This document shows, piece after piece, positions 1 to 9,993 of a DNA stretch of 64,000 bases. How positions within the stretch are numbered: the first letter of the stretch is position 1; each line of letters starts with the position of its first letter. The notes under the pieces are model-generated. The model had not been told where the DNA came from, did no database searches, and worked only from the letters and a program-made list of their open reading frames with translations. The position numbers and the translations under genes were made by a program. The DNA is from Bacteroidota bacterium (GTDB lineage Bacteria; Bacteroidota; Bacteroidia; Flavobacteriales; Flavobacteriaceae), in the NCBI GenBank assembly GCA_039184365.1, contig JBCDBE010000002.1, positions 20,571 to 84,570 of the forward strand, in the 5' to 3' direction.

Positions 1-1113
1 CTTTACCGCTGATGGTATGGCAATCAACAATGTGGTGAAGGTAAAGACCGACCCCAAGAAAGGATTCATCCCCGATATAAACATATGATGCCCCCAAACA
101 ATGGTGGACAAAAAAGCAATTGCCAATATCGACGCTACCATGGCACGATACCCAAAAATTGGTTTCCGTGCATTTGTGGCCATTACCTCTGAGGTGATAC
201 CTAGGGCCGGTAATAATACAATGTATACTTCAGGGTGACCCAAGAACCAGAATAAGTGCTCATACAATACAGGAGAACCGCCTTGATAATGCAAGACTTC
301 CCCCTGAATAAAAATATCAGAAAGGAAAAAAGAAGTTCCAAAACTTCTATCCATCAATAACAGCAAACCGGCTGAAAGCAATACCGGAAAGGAAATAACT
401 CCAATGATCGCAGTAACAAAAAATGCCCAAATGGTCAAAGGAAGTCGGGTCATGGTCATCCCCTTGGTACGCAGGTTCAATACTGTGACTATATAGTTCA
501 ATGAGCCCATCAATGACGACGCTATGAATACGGTCATCGATAACAACCATAAGGTCATTCCCATACCGGAACCTGGCTGTGCCATAGGAAGGGCGCTTAG
601 GGGAGGATAAATGGTCCATCCGGCCGCGGCTGGTCCAGCTTCCACAAACAAGGAAATGACCATAAGAACCGCTGATAGGAAAAACAACCAAAAGGAGAGC
701 ATATTTAAAAACCCGGAAGCCATATCGCGGGCCCCTATTTGCAGCGGAATCAATAAATTGCTGAACGTTCCGCTTAATCCTGCTGTAAGCACAAAAAATA
801 CCATGATGGTGCCATGCATGGTTACCAATGCCAAATAAATATCAGCATCCATAACACCTTCTGGCGCCCACTTACCTAAAACTGCTTCAAATAATGCAAA
901 GGATTCACCAGGCCATGCCAACTGCATCCTAAAAATGAGTGACATCGCTATACCTATGAAACCCATGACCAGCACTCCTGTGATAAGATATTGCTTTGCA
1001 ATCATCTTATGGTCTTGGCTAAAGATGTATTTGGTTATGAATGTTTCCTTGTGATGATGTCCGTGATCATCATGGGCATGCTCGTCGGCATGTGCGTGCG
1101 CTACGGCAGACAT
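1..1113 (-). CDS. ctaD: cytochrome c oxidase subunit I (aa3/type A1), 3' part beyond window edge
   Basis: Not in the ORF track because it is open at the edge. Manual translation from ATG 1113: MSAVAHAHADEHAHDDHGHHHKETFITKYIFSQDHKM..., with LVTMHGTIMVFF and HLFWFLGHPEVYIV motifs. Lies directly downstream of subunit II. Confidence 0.96.
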   Translation of the reverse strand, partial: MSAVAHAHADEHAHDDHGHHHKETFITKYIFSQDHKMIAKQYLITGVLVMGFIGIAMSLIFRMQLAWPGESFALFEAVLGKWAPEGVMDADIYLALVTMHGTIMVFFVLTAGLSGTFSNLLIPLQIGARDMASGFLNMLSFWLFFLSAVLMVISLFVEAGPAAAGWTIYPPLSALPMAQPGSGMGMTLWLLSMTVFIASSLMGSLNYIVTVLNLRTKGMTMTRLPLTIWAFFVTAIIGVISFPVLLSAGLLLLMDRSFGTSFFLSDIFIQGEVLHYQGGSPVLYEHLFWFLGHPEVYIVLLPALGITSEVMATNARKPIFGYRAMVASILAIAFLSTIVWGHHMFISGMNPFLGSVFTFTTLLIAIPSAVK

Positions 1114-1156
1114 AATCCTTTTTTTAAGTTCTTATTTTCTTTTTCCTGCAATTTAT

Positions 1157-2287
1157 TCATTGGTACCCAACATCCACATTTGCAGACATTGCCAATTCCT
1201 CTTTTTCTTCTGATAAAGGTACGTCATTAGCGACTAAAACCATATCTGAAAACGTTTTTTGTTCCGCCATCCAATTCTCGTACTCGTCTTCGGTAACCAC
1301 CACAATCCTCATTTGCATATTATAATGTGATGTTCCACATATCTTATTGCATATGAGTACATAATCAAATTCCCATGGATCTGAATTTGGTCGTCCTTCA
1401 GCAGCCCATTTTGCCCTTAATTGGTTGGTACGTTTTACCTTATCCACCACATCGGGGTCCAAACGCATCTGTTCGGTAGTAATGGTCGGAGTAAACGAGA
1501 ACTGTGTAATCATTCCAGGCACGCAGTTCATCTGCGCCCTAAAGTGGGGCATATAGGCCGAATGCAATACGTCTTGCGACCTCATGTAAAAATTTACCTT
1601 TCGGCCAACCGGGAGGTACAATTCCTTTACGATGACATCATCGGCAGCATTTGGATCTGATTCATCCAATCCCAGAACGTTGGCTTTATCAATGTCTATT
1701 AATCGCACACTGGCATCTCCCAAGACGTTATCCTGTCCTCCATAACGTGCCGTCCAATTAAATTGCTGCGCATAAAGTTCTACGATCAGCGGGTCATCCT
1801 CTTCACTGACGTCCATAATTTCCGTCCAGTAATACAATCCTGAGATAATCAATCCTGCTAAAACAATTACTGGAATAATGGTCCAAATAAACTCTAAACG
1901 ATCGTTATCTGCATAAAAAAGTGCTTTGTTCCCTTTCTTTCCTCGGTACTTATAACCAAAATAATGAAGTAAAGCCTGCGTAAAGGTCTGGACTACAAAT
2001 ATTACTGCAAATGACACCCACATGAGCGTATCATAATCGGGGCCATGCTCTGAAGCGGCCACTGGCAATAGCACCTTGCTGTACTTCGCAAAACTAAAAA
2101 TGGTTATTCCATAAATAAAAATAAGAAACCCAAACAGAAGATAACCATTGTTTTGGTTATCCTCATCATTGGCAATCTCTGACTGACTCTTATCCCTACC
2201 AATTTGTGACAGTTCAAAGATTTTGCCAATCTGCCATATAGCTATAGCAACTAAAACTAAAATGGTCAATATTAATAATGTGGTCAT
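1157..2287 (-). CDS. ctaC: cytochrome c oxidase subunit II
   Basis: LEFIWTIIP helix, DVLHS motif and CuA ligands CNKICGTSHYNM. Confidence 0.96.
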   Translation of the reverse strand: MTTLLILTILVLVAIAIWQIGKIFELSQIGRDKSQSEIANDEDNQNNGYLLFGFLIFIYGITIFSFAKYSKVLLPVAASEHGPDYDTLMWVSFAVIFVVQTFTQALLHYFGYKYRGKKGNKALFYADNDRLEFIWTIIPVIVLAGLIISGLYYWTEIMDVSEEDDPLIVELYAQQFNWTARYGGQDNVLGDASVRLIDIDKANVLGLDESDPNAADDVIVKELYLPVGRKVNFYMRSQDVLHSAYMPHFRAQMNCVPGMITQFSFTPTITTEQMRLDPDVVDKVKRTNQLRAKWAAEGRPNSDPWEFDYVLICNKICGTSHYNMQMRIVVVTEDEYENWMAEQKTFSDMVLVANDVPLSEEKEELAMSANVDVGYQ

Positions 2288-2304
2288 TTTCTAACTACTC
2301 CTTT

Positions 2305-3942
2305 TTAGTAATGAAATTGTCGGCTTTCCTCCAAAAATGGATGTCTCTTGGGTACCAGTTCTTCTTTGGCCAAAGCATTGAACGTCCAATACGTAAATAA
2401 TCCACCAAAAAACAAAATGCCCCCTATCTCCGGAACTCCGATGTACCAGTTTTCACCAACCGTAGCAGGCATTACCATGTTGAAAATATCTAAGTAGTGT
2501 CCGAATAAAATGACAATCCCCGTCATTATGACAAACCAATTTACCCGTTTGTAATCGCTGTTCATCAAGACCAATAAGGGAAAAATAAAATTTAAAGCCA
2601 ACATACCAAAGAAAGGCATTTTGTAATGTTCAATTCTAAATACGAAATACGTGACCTCTTCAGGAATATTTGCGTACCAGATCAGCATAAATTGACTGAA
2701 CCACAGGTAGGTCCAAAACACGCTAATTCCAAACATAAATTTTGCCAAATCATGAACGTGACTATCATTCACTTCCTGTAATAATCCTTTGGATTTTAGA
2801 TAAATGACAACCATCGCAATCGTAGTGATTCCAGAAACGAACATACTGGCAAATACGTACCATCCAAATAGGGTACTGAACCAATGGGGATCTAAACTCA
2901 TCAGCCAATCCCATGACATCATGGATTCGGTAACCAAATAGAATACCAAAAAGGCAGCAGCTAACCTGAAATTCTTTTTGAAATTGGAATTATCATCTGA
3001 CTTGTCCTGTGCCAAACTAATTTTCTTTGATATTTGGCGATAGCCAATCCAACCTCCTAAGAAAATCGCAGCTCGAATAAGAAAAAAAGTTGGATTCAAA
3101 TACCCCTTTTTCCCCTGAAGGAGATGGTCATGTTCCACGACTTCGGCATCCATCCAAACAAACATATGGTTGAGATGTAACGACGACAACAGAAGAATAA
3201 CAAACACAATAATTCCACCAGGAACAATAAATGCTGTAATCCCTTCCATTATTCTAAATAATAAAGGGGACCATCCTGCTTGTGCCGCCCGATTGATCGC
3301 ATAAAAAGCCAACACACCGAGTGAAATCATAAAGAAAAAGAAAGCAGCTACATAAAGTGCCGCCCATGGCCTGTTGCTCAGTTGATGGAACACATGTTCG
3401 TCATGTGCTGCACTATGGCCATGACCGTGGGATTCCCCCCCATGTCCCCCATGTCCATCTGAAGATACTCCACTGTGCTGAACAGCTGAATCTTCCGTAC
3501 CATGGTGTTCTTCATCCATGCGTTCATGATGCTCCGGTGTATTATGTACATCCCCTTCTTCCACCGAGTGATTTCCTTCCTTCTGATGCACCTTCGCCTC
3601 AGCATCGGGTACTATACCTTCCCCATGGCTTTCTTCAGTTTCTGGGTGTCCGCTGTGTTCTCCAACAACTTCGGTCGTGTGGGTATTGCTTTCTTCTGAA
3701 GTTTTATCCTGATGCCCTGAAGCGCCAACATGATGTTCCCCATCTGTACCCATATGGTCCTCCACAGTGGCATGGCTTGTACCATGCCCCCCATGTCCGT
3801 CCCCGTGGGCAGCAGCCATCATCTCTTTGGCTTCTTCAACACTGGACGGGGCATTCATGAAGCCAGCAATCAACATAATCAATCCTAAGGCCATCGCAAT
3901 GAACGATCCTATTTTTAACCTATTTGAAAACGTATATCTCAT
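2305..3942 (-). CDS. actF: alternative complex III membrane subunit ActF with long His-rich insertion
   Basis: Polytopic membrane protein with WDWLMSLDPHWFSTLFG and WFSQFMLIWYANIPEE motifs. Last act gene before the oxidase genes. Confidence 0.92.
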   Translation of the reverse strand: MRYTFSNRLKIGSFIAMALGLIMLIAGFMNAPSSVEEAKEMMAAAHGDGHGGHGTSHATVEDHMGTDGEHHVGASGHQDKTSEESNTHTTEVVGEHSGHPETEESHGEGIVPDAEAKVHQKEGNHSVEEGDVHNTPEHHERMDEEHHGTEDSAVQHSGVSSDGHGGHGGESHGHGHSAAHDEHVFHQLSNRPWAALYVAAFFFFMISLGVLAFYAINRAAQAGWSPLLFRIMEGITAFIVPGGIIVFVILLLSSLHLNHMFVWMDAEVVEHDHLLQGKKGYLNPTFFLIRAAIFLGGWIGYRQISKKISLAQDKSDDNSNFKKNFRLAAAFLVFYLVTESMMSWDWLMSLDPHWFSTLFGWYVFASMFVSGITTIAMVVIYLKSKGLLQEVNDSHVHDLAKFMFGISVFWTYLWFSQFMLIWYANIPEEVTYFVFRIEHYKMPFFGMLALNFIFPLLVLMNSDYKRVNWFVIMTGIVILFGHYLDIFNMVMPATVGENWYIGVPEIGGILFFGGLFTYWTFNALAKEELVPKRHPFLEESRQFHY

Positions 3943-3951
3943 TGCTGTTTT

Positions 3952-4524
3952 CTATTTTTCAAGGTCTTCTTTTAATTTCATTACATATTCCGATACTTGC
4001 CACATCTCTTCCTCGGTACTCATTTGGGAAGCATAAGAACCCATCGAATTCAACCCGTAATATATAGTGTAATAGGTGCTTCCCACAGTAATATTTCTTG
4101 CGGCATCCGCGTAACTCGGGACACCCAATATTTTTTCCCGTTTGACCAAGGTACCCTGACCCGCTCCTTTATTGCCGTGGCAAATGGCACAATATACGTC
4201 ATAGAGCTCTTTTCCTTTGGCCAAATTTTCTTCCCTATTCAACGAATCCAGTGGGCTTGGTTGTACCCTGGCAAGGTCTTTTCCTTCCGGTGTATTCTCA
4301 AATTCATACGGTAGCCATTCCCTAGATACCGTACCTTCGGGGGGAAGCATCGCTTCCGTTGCCTGCGGGAAAAGCCCATTATCATTACCTTCATAAGTTT
4401 CATAACCTACGGATTCGTACATATTGGGCATGTATTGATAATTGGGCTGGGTTTTATCAAAACACGATGTGACCCCTAGAAGAACGAGTCCAATCAATCC
4501 AATTTTTGTTATTATCCTAGTCAT
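3952..4524 (-). CDS. actE: alternative complex III monoheme cytochrome c lipoprotein ActE
   Basis: Start set at ATG 4524 (MTRIITK). Lipobox VTSC, one CAICH heme motif, YMPNMY motif. Confidence 0.92.
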   Translation of the reverse strand: MTRIITKIGLIGLVLLGVTSCFDKTQPNYQYMPNMYESVGYETYEGNDNGLFPQATEAMLPPEGTVSREWLPYEFENTPEGKDLARVQPSPLDSLNREENLAKGKELYDVYCAICHGNKGAGQGTLVKREKILGVPSYADAARNITVGSTYYTIYYGLNSMGSYASQMSTEEEMWQVSEYVMKLKEDLEK

Positions 4525-4528
4525 AAAC

Positions 4529-5050
4529 TTACTTTTTTGGCACCTGTACCTCCACAGCACCGGTATCCAAGAGCAATTCTGTCAATGCGTTTTCATCTTC
4601 CTTAACTTCTACTTCGACCAAAAACAAGTCATCCGTTGTTCGAACATCAGGATTTTCCGCTTTCTTAAAGGGCCACATTTTACTCCGCAAGTAAAACGTG
4701 ATGACCATTAAATGCGCCGCAAAAAAAACTGTCATTTCGAACATGATCGGAACGAACGCGGGCATGTTTTCAAGATAACTGAAACTCGGTTTCCCCCCAA
4801 TATCCTGTGGCCAATCCTGTATCATAATGTAGTCCATCATCGTAATAGCCACTGCAAGGCCAACACATCCGTAAAGAAAGGCCGTAATGGCCAGTCTTGT
4901 ATGCGGCAATCCCATGGCCTTGTCCAAACCATGGACGGGAAAGGGCGTGTATACTTCCTCAATATGATACTTTTCGGCCTTCAATTTTTTGACGGCGTGC
5001 ATCAAGATATCGTCGTCATTGTAAAATGCCCTGAATATAGTTGCTGCCAT
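4529..5050 (-). CDS. actD: alternative complex III subunit ActD (DUF3341)
   Basis: YTPFPVHGLD and DIGGKP motifs, two TM segments, position in operon. Confidence 0.93.
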   Translation of the reverse strand: MAATIFRAFYNDDDILMHAVKKLKAEKYHIEEVYTPFPVHGLDKAMGLPHTRLAITAFLYGCVGLAVAITMMDYIMIQDWPQDIGGKPSFSYLENMPAFVPIMFEMTVFFAAHLMVITFYLRSKMWPFKKAENPDVRTTDDLFLVEVEVKEDENALTELLLDTGAVEVQVPKK

Positions 5051-5055
5051 CTTTT

Positions 5056-6798
5056 TTAGTCTAAATTTATAAATCTTCTTGCCTGCCCCGCCCAGTCATC
5101 ACGTTCGGCCCTACCGGGAAATGAGCCGGTCAATGAATCCAATAAGTTGTATTCTTTAGAAGTCATTTTACTGACCTGTAAGAATGAGAAAATTCCAATT
5201 TTATTCAGTGCCTTTTCCATTAGGGGGCCAATACCTTTGACCTTTTTCAAATCATCCGGTATTTGGTTCTTTGTATCAAAGTTTCCAATGGTATCCAACA
5301 ATTCCATAACGGGTGCTTCCGAAGGTTCTTCATCCGGTACAACAATTTCCCCGTCTTCTTTTTCTGGCTCAATTTCAACAACACGGCCCCTTTCAGGTAG
5401 GGTATATAATGGTTTTCCCTGATCTCTTAAAATTTTATATTTCTCTCCGGAGGATTTTAAAATCGACTTTACCTCTGCTTGGGCAATTACCGGGAATGTT
5501 CTAGAATACAAAAGGAATAGTACAAAGAAGAAACCAATAGTACCAATATAAATTCCAATGTCCACAAAAGTAGGGGAGAACATGGTCCATGAAGAGGGAA
5601 GATAATCCCTATGAAGCGATGTTACAATAATAACAAAGCGCTCAAACCACATCCCAATATTCACCACAATGGAAATAAAGAATGAGAACATAATACTGGT
5701 TCGCAATTTTTTGAACCACATGAACTGTGGTGAAAATACATTACAGGTCATCATGGACCAATAGGCCCACCAATACGGCCCGGTGGCACGATTCAAAAAT
5801 GCATATTGCTCGTACTCCACCCCTGAATACCATGCGATGAACAACTCTGTAATATAGGCACAACCGACAATCGAACCTGTTATCATGATAACGATGTTCA
5901 TCAACTCTATATGCTGCAAGGTGATGTAATTTTCAAGATTGCATACCTTTCGCATGATAATGAGAAGTGTATTCACCATAGCAAATCCTGAAAATATCGC
6001 CCCGGCCACAAAGTAAGGGGGGAAGATAGTGGTGTGCCATCCCGGTATCACCGAGGTCGCAAAGTCAAAAGATACAATGGTATGCACTGAAAGCACCAAA
6101 GGGGTAGCTAAACCGGCCAAAACCAAGGAAACCTCCTCAAAGCGTTGCCAATCCTTAGCACGACCCGACCAGCCGAAACTCAATAAACTATAAATCTTTT
6201 TTTGGAACGGTTTTACCGCTCGGTCACGTATCATGGCAAAATCAGGCAATAAACCTGTCCACCAGAATACCAAGGATACCGATAGATATGTTGAAATTGC
6301 AAACACATCCCAAAGCAAGGGGGAGTTAAAATTCACCCATAGTGAGCCATATTGATTGGGAATGGGTAAAACCCAATAAGCCAACCAAGGACGTCCCATG
6401 TGGATGATGGGAAACAAACCCGCCTGAATCACCGAGAAAATCGTCATGGCCTCCGCCGAACGGTTGATGGCCATACGCCATTTTTGTCTGAACAATAAGA
6501 GTACCGCTGAAATCAAAGTCCCGGCGTGACCAATACCTACCCACCATACAAAGTTGGTAATATCCCAAGACCAATTGACAGTTTTGTTGAGTCCCCAAAC
6601 ACCGATTCCGGTAGAAACCGTGTAAATAATACAACCTAGGCCCCATAAAAAGGCGACCAATGCAATAGTGAATACAATCCACCATTGTTTGTTGGCCTTG
6701 CCCTCAACAGGTCTTGCAATATCTACAGATACATCATGGTACCCTTTATCTCCAGTGACAAGAGGCCTTCGTATCGGTGCTTCGTAGTGCGATCCCAT
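5056..6798 (-). CDS. actC: alternative complex III quinol-binding subunit ActC (NrfD/PsrC family) with C-terminal HhH-type extension
   Basis: WDITNFVWWVGIGHAGTLISA, HMGRPW and SPLLWDVFAISTY motifs. Confidence 0.95.
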   Translation of the reverse strand: MGSHYEAPIRRPLVTGDKGYHDVSVDIARPVEGKANKQWWIVFTIALVAFLWGLGCIIYTVSTGIGVWGLNKTVNWSWDITNFVWWVGIGHAGTLISAVLLLFRQKWRMAINRSAEAMTIFSVIQAGLFPIIHMGRPWLAYWVLPIPNQYGSLWVNFNSPLLWDVFAISTYLSVSLVFWWTGLLPDFAMIRDRAVKPFQKKIYSLLSFGWSGRAKDWQRFEEVSLVLAGLATPLVLSVHTIVSFDFATSVIPGWHTTIFPPYFVAGAIFSGFAMVNTLLIIMRKVCNLENYITLQHIELMNIVIMITGSIVGCAYITELFIAWYSGVEYEQYAFLNRATGPYWWAYWSMMTCNVFSPQFMWFKKLRTSIMFSFFISIVVNIGMWFERFVIIVTSLHRDYLPSSWTMFSPTFVDIGIYIGTIGFFFVLFLLYSRTFPVIAQAEVKSILKSSGEKYKILRDQGKPLYTLPERGRVVEIEPEKEDGEIVVPDEEPSEAPVMELLDTIGNFDTKNQIPDDLKKVKGIGPLMEKALNKIGIFSFLQVSKMTSKEYNLLDSLTGSFPGRAERDDWAGQARRFINLD

Positions 6799-6810
6799 GG
6801 TTCAATTATT

Positions 6811-9800
6811 CTAACTATTAGCTTTGGTTGACTCATTCATATTCCTAACCTTTACCTGATAAAACACATTCGGCTTGGTTCCAACATGTTCCAAAAGGTG
6901 ATATGCCCTTTCATCTTTTGATAGCTCAACTATTTTACTTTCGGGCTCATTAACATCCCCAAAATGCATCGCTCCGGAGGTGCACGCCGCAGAACAAGCA
7001 CAGGCATCATTAAATTCCCCTTTTTGAACAGGTCTTCCTTCCCTTTTTGCTTTTAAAATGATGGCCTGTGTGGATTGGATACAGAAGGAACATTTTTCCA
7101 TAACCCCACGGGAGCGTACATTAACATCTGGGTTAATGACCATTTTACCCAGGTCATTGTTCATATTAAAATCAAACTCGTCATTGTTGTTGTACAGGAA
7201 CCAGTTAAATCGACGTACTTTATAAGGACAGTTGTTTGCACAATAACGAGTACCCACACAACGATTGTAAACCATTTGGTTTTGCCCTTGCCTTCCGTGC
7301 ATTGTTGCTGCCACGGGACATACCGTTTCACAAGGTGCGTGGTTACAGTGCTGACACATCACGGGCTGAAAAGCGACCTGCGGATTTTCAGCCGGATCTT
7401 CCATTTCAAGGAATCCACCTAAAGAGCCATTCTCACCGGTGAGCCCATCCATATTTTCCTTCTTATCATTATCCCCTTCAAAGGTATCTTCCGAAGAATA
7501 ATACCTGTCTATTCGCAACCAATGCATGTCTCGAGATACACGCATCTCCCTCTTGCCCACAACGGGCACATTATTCTCTGCGTGGCAAGCTATGACACAG
7601 GCACCACATCCAGTACAAGCGTTAAGGTCGATGGATAGATTAAAATGGTGTCCGATAGTCCTATCAAACTCGGTCCATAGATCAACGGAAGTTGCGGGAA
7701 CTTCTTGATGGTCCATTGAAACCTGTGGAACTGGATTCCAAATACTGGAATCTTCCGTATTGTATTTTTTAAGGGTCGTTTCTTTAATGATATCACCACG
7801 ACCCATTAATGTGTTGTGCAACTGAACACAGGCAAATTCGTGTATTCCTTCTACCTTGGCTATGGAGGCTGATTGTATTTCCTTAAAATCCTTGTAAAGC
7901 GGAAATGCATTTACGCCGGTTTGCATTTCTTGTTGCATTCCCTCTTTTCTACCGTAGCCAAAAGATAGCCCTAAAGTGCCTTTAGCTTGACCAGGTTGAA
8001 TAATAACGGGAACTTTTTCAACTGTAATCCCGTCCACGGATACATTGGCATAACTACCGTCCAATCCACCATTCGCCACATTATAGTTTTCAAGGCCCAT
8101 ATCCATTGCATCTGCTTTGGAAACGGTAACATAATTGTCCCACGAGACCCTTGAAATGGGGTCTGGAAATTCTTGCAGCCAAGGATTGTTGGCCTGTTTC
8201 CCATCCCCAATCCCAATTTTGGGATACAGCGTTAGCTCCATACTTGAACTTGGGCTATTGGCTAAGGAACGAAGTGCCGACGAAATCGAGGCAACACCTA
8301 ACAGGCCTTCTTCTGCTTCCGTTCCTGACGTATTGATACCAGTGGTGCCGTTAACACTATTTTCCACTCCTTCATTGGAGAAAGACGTTTCAAAAACGCC
8401 GTCTTGCAACACCTTGTTCCAATTGCTTCCACCCAAAATACCGGAGTTCCAATGCGCTTTTACATATTCATAGTAGGACGATGTGCTGCCCATCCAATTC
8501 AATAAACAGGACTGGAATTGCCGGGTATCAAATAACTCCCGAATGACAGGTTGTTGAAGGCTCAAGTACCCTTTCTTTAGTTCTGCATCCCCCCAAGATT
8601 CCAAATAATGGGATGCCGCCGCAACATGGGTCACCACTTGTGCAGTTTCATCGTTGTTAAAGGCAAAATAAACTGATGTATCCACCTTGCTGAGCCCCTC
8701 CGCAAAATCAGAAGCATTCGGCAAGGAATACATGGGGTTTACCCCATCTATGAATAAGGCCCCAACACGGCCCGCTTTCATATCGGAAATTAAGGCGTTC
8801 AATTGGGTTGAGTTACCCTTTCTCACATAGCGTGGCTTCTCCGGGTCAAATGCCTCACTCTGCAAAAGCCTATTAATGGCCAAAGTCACCATTTGGGCAT
8901 TCTCATCGTTTATTCCGCAAACCACAACCGCTTTACTACCGGCCTTACGAATTTCATTGGTTAGTGCATCTACGGCATTGTCAATTTTAGAGTTGCCCCC
9001 ATTTACTGTTGAGCCATTCAGTTTGCCATACAATTTTGCCAAAGCCACCTTTACTTCCGAAGGTTTCATGGGCAGCCTAGTATCCGCATTCGCCCCGCTG
9101 AGACTCATATTGGATTCCAATTGAATGTGTCGGGACATTTTTCCATTTTTGGGAATTCGTCCCTTAGCATAATGGGAATCATATCCTCCACCGTTCCAAT
9201 CACTCAAAAAGTCGGCCGCAAAAGAGACAATTAAATCCGCCTTGCTAAAGTCATAGTCCGCCAATGCCCGTTCCCCATACACTTTCTCATATGCGTTTAC
9301 GGCCGCTTCTTCCGAGATGGCATCGTAGGTGACATGGGTAACATTAGAATATTTTTCTGAAAATTCCCCAAGCAGTTTATCCATGGAAGGGCTTGCATAT
9401 GTCTGCGTAAGTAATGCTATTTTTTTATCCGTGCCCAGTAAGCTGGTCAGTTTATTTTTTACCGTGGCATCCAAGACGTTCCACTCTATAGGCTGTCCTC
9501 CGGACATAGGGCCCTGCACCCTTTTCTTATCGTACAAGGTAAGAACGGAAGCATTCACCCTAGCATTGGCACCACCCATAACGGGTGCCCTATCGTTGTT
9601 TAGCACAAGGATGGGACGCCCCTCCCTGGTTTTTATCAAAATACTGGCAAAATCATAGCCATCGGCAATGGTGGTAGCATAGTAATTGGCCACCCCAGGA
9701 ACAATGTTCTCCGGCTGAATGACATAAGGGACTGATTTGTTCACGGGCCCCTCGCAAGCCGCCATTGTAGCAGCGGCTGTACTGAACCCGACATATTTCA

Positions 9801-9966
9801 AAAAATCCCTTCGGGTAGTACTTGATTCCTCAAGGTTTTGCTTATCCCCCAGGAAATCGTCCACTGGAATCTGCTCCACGAACTCATTGTTCCTTAACGA
9901 CTCAACAACAGTGTCGTTCGGATTGAGTTCCGCTTCACTTTTCCAATATTTTTTGCTCGAAGCCAT
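6811..9966 (-). CDS. actB: alternative complex III subunit ActB (Tat-exported molybdopterin-oxidoreductase-like domain plus Fe-S domain)
   Basis: TRRDFLK twin-arginine motif. Fe-S motifs CTGCGACVIAC, CQHCNHAPCETVCP, CVGTRYCANNCPY and CSFC. Confidence 0.95.
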   Translation of the reverse strand: MASSKKYWKSEAELNPNDTVVESLRNNEFVEQIPVDDFLGDKQNLEESSTTRRDFLKYVGFSTAAATMAACEGPVNKSVPYVIQPENIVPGVANYYATTIADGYDFASILIKTREGRPILVLNNDRAPVMGGANARVNASVLTLYDKKRVQGPMSGGQPIEWNVLDATVKNKLTSLLGTDKKIALLTQTYASPSMDKLLGEFSEKYSNVTHVTYDAISEEAAVNAYEKVYGERALADYDFSKADLIVSFAADFLSDWNGGGYDSHYAKGRIPKNGKMSRHIQLESNMSLSGANADTRLPMKPSEVKVALAKLYGKLNGSTVNGGNSKIDNAVDALTNEIRKAGSKAVVVCGINDENAQMVTLAINRLLQSEAFDPEKPRYVRKGNSTQLNALISDMKAGRVGALFIDGVNPMYSLPNASDFAEGLSKVDTSVYFAFNNDETAQVVTHVAAASHYLESWGDAELKKGYLSLQQPVIRELFDTRQFQSCLLNWMGSTSSYYEYVKAHWNSGILGGSNWNKVLQDGVFETSFSNEGVENSVNGTTGINTSGTEAEEGLLGVASISSALRSLANSPSSSMELTLYPKIGIGDGKQANNPWLQEFPDPISRVSWDNYVTVSKADAMDMGLENYNVANGGLDGSYANVSVDGITVEKVPVIIQPGQAKGTLGLSFGYGRKEGMQQEMQTGVNAFPLYKDFKEIQSASIAKVEGIHEFACVQLHNTLMGRGDIIKETTLKKYNTEDSSIWNPVPQVSMDHQEVPATSVDLWTEFDRTIGHHFNLSIDLNACTGCGACVIACHAENNVPVVGKREMRVSRDMHWLRIDRYYSSEDTFEGDNDKKENMDGLTGENGSLGGFLEMEDPAENPQVAFQPVMCQHCNHAPCETVCPVAATMHGRQGQNQMVYNRCVGTRYCANNCPYKVRRFNWFLYNNNDEFDFNMNNDLGKMVINPDVNVRSRGVMEKCSFCIQSTQAIILKAKREGRPVQKGEFNDACACSAACTSGAMHFGDVNEPESKIVELSKDERAYHLLEHVGTKPNVFYQVKVRNMNESTKANS

Positions 9967-9993
9967 ATCGTTCTTAACAATACCTATTTTTCA

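Noticed and set aside
3357-3860. 167-aa His/Pro-rich plus-strand ORF
   Set aside because: Antisense shadow of the low-complexity ActF insertion.
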